Source: Microcoleus sp. (GTDB taxonomy: Bacteria; Cyanobacteriota; Cyanobacteriia; Cyanobacteriales; Microcoleaceae). From it: a stretch of 64,000 nucleotides of DNA. The notes beneath the pieces were generated by a model. It saw nothing but the letters and a program-made list of their open reading frames with translations. It was not told the DNA's origin and made no database searches. This document shows, piece by piece, positions 31,301 to 40,300 of the stretch. Within the stretch, counting starts at the first letter, position 1. The number at the start of each line of letters is the position of its first letter. The stretch lies in NCBI GenBank assembly GCA_052279835.1, contig CP181291.1:5792001-5856000 (forward strand), given 5' to 3'. A program made the position numbers and the translations under genes.

Positions 31301-34300
31301 TCAACAAAACTCACAAACGAGGGTTCAGAAACCGGGTTTTTATCGACAAATACTTCGTCACAGCCAACTGATTCGGTAAAAAAGCCGATTTCTTCATTCG
31401 CAGCCGATCAACCCTCTTCAGAAACAACTTTAACTGAAAGTTCAACAAAAACTAATACAAATCAGTCAACATTAGAAACTACTAACGCTCAAAATCCAGT
31501 TATTCTGCCAAACATAGAAATTACTCAATCTAATTTAAATCTTCCTACAACTAACTCATTGTCGAATCTCACGCCCGGAGTATGGACTGTTGGCGAAACA
31601 GGTCAAGTTAGCTTTGATTTCCTTGTCGATGCCGGTCTTTATGAGGGGGAAATTGCGATTGTTAATTTATCGGGAATGGAGCAATATTCGCCCAATTCCG
31701 ATGCTTTTAAACAAGAAGCGATTAAACGTGCTTTAAGCAATTCAGAATTGGGTTATATTGCGATTCGCGATCGCCTGGAAGGTGCGAGATTTAGCGGTGA
31801 ATTTGGCGAACCCAATGTTAATCATGGTCAATACCAAGGTATCAAAACTTTTGCGATGCCTCCTGGGGCAAAATTTGCTCTGATGTTAGTTCCTAATGGT
31901 ACTGTAAAGGAGATATCGGAATCTCCCAGTCTTTGGGCGGATAAAACTCCCCTATTTTCAATTCCAGCAGCTAATCCCGATAGTCAAGGAATGCTGGCTG
32001 ATTTCACCGGTAAAGGTAATACTTTTGGTTGGGAAGATATACCTGGAAATCAGGCCGATCGCGATTTTAATGACTTGATTTTTGCGATCGATGGCGCGAC
32101 GGCAAATGTACCCGAAATTGCAGCAAATGTCAATGCCAATACTCAATGGCTGGAGTCAAAAGCAGGTCAGGAAATTCTAAATAAGGCGCTACTTAATGAT
32201 AAGCCTCCTGCGATTAAACCCGTTGTAGATATTGCCTTAACTCCCGCACAGCCTACCCGCATAATTGACCTCGCTCAAGTATTTGTTGACCCGGAAGCCA
32301 GCACTTTAAAATATGAAGTGGTTGAGGGTAACAGCCCATCTTTAGCTGTTAGTTTGCAGGGTAATAATTTACAACTGACAGGATTGCCACAATCGGGAGT
32401 AACAGATGTCGTAATTCGGGCCACGGATGCAGCAGGTAATTCTGTTATTCACAACTTTGCAGTTACTAATAGCAATCTCAGTACGGAGTCAATTACTGCT
32501 GTCAATAATGCCCTCACAGATTTCACAAAAGTCATCAATCAAAATTCGCAAAGTTTTAGCGAGGCTTTGAGTACCGATGCAGCAGCAGAGTCTCTGGAAA
32601 ACCTAGCAACTTTATTAGAACAATATCCCGATGCTCTGCCGCTATTCAATAAACCAGATTCTCTGGCTAAACTTGGCATAAGTGACAGCAATCTGCCGAC
32701 AATCAAACAATTGCTGCAAAGTCCAGAAGTAGCGGCAGAATTTGGGCTGTCAGTGTCTTTAGGGGAAGCTTTGAGCCATCCTGATTCAGCAGATATTGAT
32801 AAATTTTTGTTGAATGCTGATGAGGCAATTTATCTGCTTCCCTCTGATGCTCATCAGCCGAAAGTTGGGTTTATTGATTTTACTGAAGGAGAACACATTC
32901 AGCGAGTGACTTCGGCATTTTCTTCGATTAATTCTCTGGCTAAATATGATACTTTTACTGTGGATCGCGGGAATTGGGCGGAGCAATTAATTCGGTTTGT
33001 AGATGAAGTGAAAGCCAAGGGTGAAAATCGGGCGATCGCCAATTTAAGTTTCGATTTATCCCAATTAGATGATATCGGCATTACCACTCGTTACGAACTC
33101 ACTCCAGAAGAACAAACCGCCATTCAATACGCTCGCGAAAATAATGTTTTGCTAGTTGTTGCCACAGGTAATACTGGCGGTGTGATGTCAGCTTTAGGGG
33201 CGGCTAGCAAGCAATTTGATAACATTATTACTGTCGGTGCTGTTAATCAATTTGAGTCTAAAACTGATTATTCTGCCTACGGTGAAGGACTCGATTTAAT
33301 GGCTCCTGGGGGTTCCTGGGCGAACGATGCTAATGCTTTTGTCGGTACTTCGCGATCGGCATCCTATGTCACAGCCGCGGCTTCTTTAGTTTGGGCAGCA
33401 AATCCAGCATTAAGTTTGACACAAGTCAAGCAATTGCTGATAGATACCGCAGCAGATTTGAATACACCTGGATGGGATAAAGAAACTGGGGCGGGTTTGG
33501 TAGATGTAAAAAGTGCGATCGATCGCGCTTTATCACTTGAACCAAAACCCCTAGAACCACTAAAACCAGGGTTGCAGGTAAGTTTATTTAGTGGGGAAGG
33601 CCGCGTTGAAACATTAGCTAGAGCGGCATCTGAGCCAACTGAAAAGGCAATTTTTGAGTTAGACAAAGCCCAGCAAGATTTACTCGAACAGTGGCAAGTA
33701 TTAGCAGATTTGGGCAATCCGTCTCTCAGTTTGTCAGATTTGCAAGCTGACTCAGTTCAGAAAATTGCCGATGCTTTGAATAAGTACCAGCAAGTTAGTA
33801 CGAATGCTGGAATTACAGACGCTCACAACCAACAAAGAGTCGAAGAATTAGCCCTGGCAACAAGTCACTATCTGATTGAAAACGACCGACTGCAAAAGCT
33901 GTTAGCTCAACGTAAGGAACTTGAGGAAAGATTAGCTAAACTTGGCAAAGATAAATCGGATTTAGAGGCAGAAACTCAAAAACTGTTAGAAGCAATTCAA
34001 GCACAAATTGCCAAAGCTGAAACAGATTTGGCTAAAGCTCAAGCTAAATTGCTCAATCCTTTTGCCAATGTTGGCGATAATTTGCAGACAGATCCCGCAC
34101 CTTGGCGGGAAGCTGCAAATAAACAACAAGAATTTGCCTCTAATTTTCAAGAACAAGCAGCGATGCAAGATGCAGAAGCGGCTAGATTTAGTGCAATTTC
34201 TAACAGCATTAATCCCCTCCGCTGGCAACCTGTTGGTTCAGAAAAAGGCAGATGTGGTCGTCGCCAAGAAATTTGGGGTATGGCAAATGACCCGAACTTG

Positions 34301-37300
34301 TTAAAACAGAAAAATCAATCGCAATGGCAATCCCAAATTGCTAGTCAAAATTCTCAAAGTTTACAGCAGTTATCACAGCAAGCAGCACAGCAGGAAGGTG
34401 CTTTAAATCAGTACGCTCAATTCCTAGAAGAAAGACCAACTAATCTCGGTGAAGACGGTATTGAGAAGGCTGATAAAGTGGTGCAAATTTTGGAAGAACA
34501 GGCCGCACAACAAGCAAAAATTGCTGAAAATTATGCTAATTTAGCTGCTATTGCTGCATTGCGTCAACAGCAAAATCAAACTCAAGCTAATTGGCACAAT
34601 TCTCAAATAAATCGTCAGGAACAAGTAGGGACTAAACGCACTGGTCGATCGGGAAGCAAAACCGAACCTGTTTATGGAAATGTATACTATCCCGAACATA
34701 TTGCGCCGCGAGATATGGCTCAACAATTAGCTAATCAAGCTGCTGCGGAATCCCAAGCTTACGGACAGTTAGCCAAACAAGCAGAGCAACAAACAAGCGC
34801 CCTGAAAGAACAGGCAAGAAAGTTAAAAACTAACATTAAAGATTGGCCTGTTTTGAAACAGGGAATTGACTATGAAATTGCGGCGGATGCGTTACGGTTG
34901 CAAGCTGAACAAGATTTGTTGGCTTTGCACGATCCGGTACAGCGGCAAAAGTTAGAAACGCTGCTTAAAGAGATCGATTTAGCTGAAAAAGAACTGCAAA
35001 GGTTGGAGAATGAAAAGATTCCCGCGCAACAGCAGTTAACCGATGCAACCGAAAATCAGTTGAAAGCAAGTCAGGCTCAATTAGAGGCAATTCAAGCTGA
35101 GAAAGCCGAAGCTGTAAAGAATTTGCAAAACTTCTTAGAAACTGCTGGTTTCTTGTTGCCCTATCGCGAGAGATTGTTGGCGGTTGACAAACAAATTGAG
35201 AAATTAGAATCGGAACAATTGGATGCGTTCAAGACAGTTTTAGAGTTACAGAATCAATTGCAGAAAAATCCCAGCGATAGTTTGCAGCAACAGTTGAACA
35301 ACTGGCGAAATTATTTGCAGAATTTAGAGCAAGAATTGGCTTGGGCAAAGTTGCAGCGCGACCAGTTAGCAATGGCTTTGGCTGATTCGCCGGAACGATT
35401 GGCAATAGCTAACTTAATCAAAACTCTCGAAACCGCACCCGCATCTCTCAATCCTCAAGCTAAAATTGCATTCTTGAAGTCGATCGAAGGAAGTGGCGCG
35501 AATTTCTTAGCTGGGTTTGATAATTTAGCTAGTCGCTTAACTCAAGGGAAAACTGAGCAAGCACAAACTGAGAAATCTCTCGCAGCACTCCAGAAAGAAT
35601 ATCGCGAGTTGGGTTTGAAGAAAGCCGATTTAGAAAAACAGATTCCAGAGAAACAAAAACAAATTGTTGATAAAGACAAGGAAATTCAGGGGACGGAAAG
35701 TGCGATCGCCCAAACTACATCCAGTTTATCGACGGTTGCCGCAGCACAACTGACGGATATCCCAAGTGCGATCGCCTCTACAGATACCGCTATTCAGCAG
35801 CAAAAATCAGCCGTACAAGGCTATCAAAATCAAATCAATCAAGCCTTTGCGGCTGCTAATTCATTGGAACAGCAACGGCAAGCTAATCAAAATGCAGCTA
35901 ATTACTGGAACAGTCAGATTTATGTGTTTAATGCCGATGCTTATCTAGCTTATAACCCTGATGTTGCAAAGGCTTTTGGCTGGAACCCAAAATTAGCTTA
36001 TCAACACTATCTCTCCTATGGCAGATACGAAGGACGATTGCCTAATCCACAAGCAGCCGTGTATCGAAATAATCATCAAGCTGCTGCTAATTATTTGGCT
36101 CAACAGCGAGATTTAGCTACCTCAAATGCACAACAACTAAATGCCACTTTACAGCCTCAAATTGCCACGGCTCAACAGCAAATAGGTACACTGGAAACAG
36201 ACAAAAACCTTTTAGTTAAGCTATCAGGATTAAATGCTCAACTCTCCCAACAACAACAGCAGCGGGATAATCTTGTCAAAGATTTAGAAAAGCTGAATCA
36301 ACAAAAAGCTGATACAGAACAAAAACTAATTGACAAATATCGAGAAATTGAACTTACCAGTCAATACTTGCAGCAAGTTGAAGGTGAAGTCGATCGCCTG
36401 CAAAGTCGCCTTGATGTTCTCAATCGCACTGGTGTTTTGCAAACTAAATACCAGCAGGATTGGAACGCATGGCAGCAAGCAAATCAAACTCAAGTAACTG
36501 CCACAGAATCTTTATTAGCAACCCGTCAAGCTGGATCGGCAGACAGGCAACTATTGGCTGATTTGCAGTCACAATTAAAGCCTGTTCAAGAGAATCTGCA
36601 AAAAGGGCGATCGCTCCAAAAATCTCTGGACGATACTCAACAAGCCCTCGCTTTTACCAACCTGCAAATCGGCAACCAAAATTTAGTGATTCAAAGTGCG
36701 ATCGATAACGATCCCGGCCTCGCAGCAGCGGAACGATATCAATTGAATTTAGCTGATGCCAGTCGGCAAAAAACCTGGTATTGGAATGGCAGTGCTTGGG
36801 CTTACAATGCTGGGGAAGCTGCGGCCGCTCGCAGTTATTTGCAAGCAGCTTCATTTATCGCAGATGAGCGTAACAAATTGTGGCAGCGCCGTCAAGATGC
36901 AGCGAAAAAAATTAACGAATTAACTCAGAAAGCGGCAGAGCAACAGTCACAAATTGCGAGTCTGAGTTCCCAGTTACAAGCCTTGGGAGGGATGACACAA
37001 CTTGAGGCAGGTTTTAATACGGTACAAAGTGCGATCGCCTCTGTGAATCAGCGCTTGCAACCCCTGCAAAATCGCGAAAATCAACTGATTCAAACCATCA
37101 AAAATGCAGCATCTCAGGCCGCAAATCTGGCCGCCGAAATGGCACAAACAACTCAATTAAAATCAACTTCACTGCGTCAGCTAATTGGTTTGGGAATGCT
37201 GGCTTCCGAATCCGATGTTGATTTCTTTGCAACACAAGTCGATCCGCAAGTCAATACTCACTTGGAAAAATTGCGCGGTCAAGGTCAAGATTTGACAAAT

Positions 37301-40300
37301 CAAATTAACAGCATTAATGACTTAGTTACTAATTGGGAACAGCAACTCGCCAATACAACTGAGCCGGAGGAGCAAGAATATCTGAAGAATTCGATCGAGA
37401 TGTCAAAATCTCAAATTAGCAGTTTAGAAGCATTGCAAGCATCGAGTCTAACTGCCGCTGACGATTTAGAAAAATTGCTGAAACAAGCAACAGATGCCCT
37501 GCTTCCCTTGCGCCAAAAGCAAGAATTAGAAATCCGCCAGAAGCTAGAAAGCAATGACAATCGCCTCAATGCTTTGCAATCTCAACTCAACTCCGAAAAC
37601 GCGGCTGAGGCGGCAATTAAAGATAACACCGTGCTAGCTCATGCCCAACTTACCGACCAAGTTCGCCAAGATTTAACTAATAGCGTCAACAACAAAACTC
37701 AAGAGCTATTAGAGGGCAACCCGATGACGAAAAAATTGGGTGATAATCAGCAAAAGTTGTCTGAATCTGTTGATGGTTTGATAGCTGAAATTGACGATCG
37801 ATTTGCTGAACCCTACGGCGCATATCAGCGGAGTGAGGCGAATCTGGAGGATGGGATTAAGACTCTTGGGGTTGTGGAAAATCTCGCGGATGCACTGGAT
37901 GATGGTGTTACTTCTACTGAGGAGGCGATCGAGAAAATTAAACTCCGCATTAAACAGGATGAAGAGTTGTGGCAAGAAATTGCTCCGATTGCGATGCGTT
38001 ACGGTGTTGAGTCGCAAGAATTGAAGGATTATCAGCAACAGTATCAAGCGATATTAGAAGCTAAATCACCTAAGTTAGCTCAAGCTCAGACTTTACTCAC
38101 CAATGCTGAATCATTGCAGAAACAGGCTGCATCGGAGTCCAACCGCTCTACAATTCTGACTCAGCAAATTACAGCCCTAAAAAATACACTCCCAACACAA
38201 ATCAGGAATTTATTGGAGCAATCGAACCAAATCAATAATGTTCAGGGGATATCTCCTTTTGGTCAAAAGTTAAACATCAATCTGGCCAACCAATTGACAT
38301 CAATTTTGAATGCTTATCCTTATGCTGACATTATCAACCAGATAAATTCGCTGCAACAACAAGTTCAAGCGGCTCAAAATCAATCTTCAGCCCTAACTCA
38401 ACAAGCAACTAACTTGCAGAAACAGGCTGATATTCTCAAAGAACAGGCTAATGATGATGTTAACGCAGAAGTAAAAACATTGCGTTCAAAATTCTTAGAA
38501 GAGCATCCTGAAAATGGTACAGCGATTAATTCGTTGCAAGGAGCAACTTTAGAAGGACGCAGCTCAAATCAGCACATATCCAAGTTGTTAAATTCAACAG
38601 TGGATGAATTACTAGCTGCTGATGCTGTCGAAGGGCGAACTCCAAATCAAACACTATTTGAAAAAGCAAAAGCCGAACAAGCATCCCACGAAGCGCAAGG
38701 TTATGCAGCTTTAGCACAAGCAGATTGGTACGAACAACGAGCAGCGTATCATTGGTCTGTTATTAACAGAAATCGCGCCAATTGGCAATCTAGTCCCTAT
38801 TGGTCAGAAGAGCGCTGTTACAGAGGCAGGAGTGGCAAGAGAAAATGTGAATGGGTAACGCACGTTGACCATAATTGGATTCTTTGGGATACCTACTCTA
38901 AGCTATTTCCCCAGTTGCGGCAACAAGGAATTGCACATCTCGCAGAAGCCGATAAATGGCGCAAGGAAAAAGAGCGAATCGAACCGCTGGCGAAACAGTG
39001 GACTGACGCAAATAATGCGGCCAATGAAGCCCAACCTCCTGTTAAAGAAGCCCGCGATTTCTTTGCACAATTAGAAGAGGCTCGCAAGTCGATTCCCGGT
39101 GACAAAATTCAATTAGAATTATTAGAAAATCTGTTGCCAACGCTGAAGCAACAGTTAGAACAAGCGGAGTCTGAAGCCGCCGCCCAAAATGCTAAAGTGC
39201 AACAACAATGGGAAGACTACGATACTAATTCTGAGGAGTATCGCGCTGCTGTTGCCGATATCCTGGCACGTCGCGGTGAACTGAACAAACAAGCCATAGA
39301 AACTCAGCAACAAATTGCAGATGTAGAAAAATGGGTTGAGCGGCAAAGTGTAGCCCTAGCACCGGAATTAGCAGGCACGAAAGCGCTAATTGATTCCCTG
39401 AAACAGCAACAGCAAGCAATCACCAATCAAATTGCCGAATTTGTCAAACAAGGTGCTACTGTAGACGGTTTGCAAGACTTATATAGCAAAGAAGCCCAGT
39501 TAAAACAAACCTTGCAGCTACTGACAAATAAAGCTGCAATCCTCACCGCCCAGCAAACCGCGCTGACTCAAAAACGGACGCTGTTAACAGCACAAAATGA
39601 GGTAATTATTGCCGAACAAAGGTTACTTGACGCCTACACCAAAGACCCCGATGCCGACACTAGCAATTTGCAGAAACAATTGCAAGATGCCCGCGCTGCT
39701 TTAGCCGAAGCCCAGCGCTTAGCAGAACAAGCTGAAGCTGCTAGCAAGATTCTCACCGCACCATTGCAACAATTGAAAGAGGATTTGTTGGTGCAAAATG
39801 ACGAACATCTCAAGCTAGCGAGGGAAAATCAACAGATTCTGAAAGCGTTGGTAGAAGCTACTCAGGCGAATGCTAACTACACCATTCAAGCAGCACAAAA
39901 GCAGCAACAAGTCAACATTTTAGAGTCCCAGATTTTGCAGCGATTGCAGGCAATTACCGAAAATGCCGCACAAGAAGCCAAGCAAAGACTTTTACAAGCA
40001 GCGGCAAATGATATGGCGACGGCAGCAGAGATTTACTATCGCGATTACAGCGACTTAGCGAGCGATAAAGGCAGTAGCTCTAGTCGCGGTTTAGCGCAGC
40101 CCCAAGACAGAATTTTAGCAGACAGATACTATCAGGAAATGCTGAATAACCGGGAGTTGCAGCGTCGCGCTCAAGCACAAGCTGATGCCTTTGGAGCAGC
40201 GAGAAAAACTGCTGAAGCACAGATGAAAACGCTGCAAGCACAGCAAGAAACTGCTGCTAAAATATTGAGAGATTTAAATGACAAAATTGCCACTACCCAG

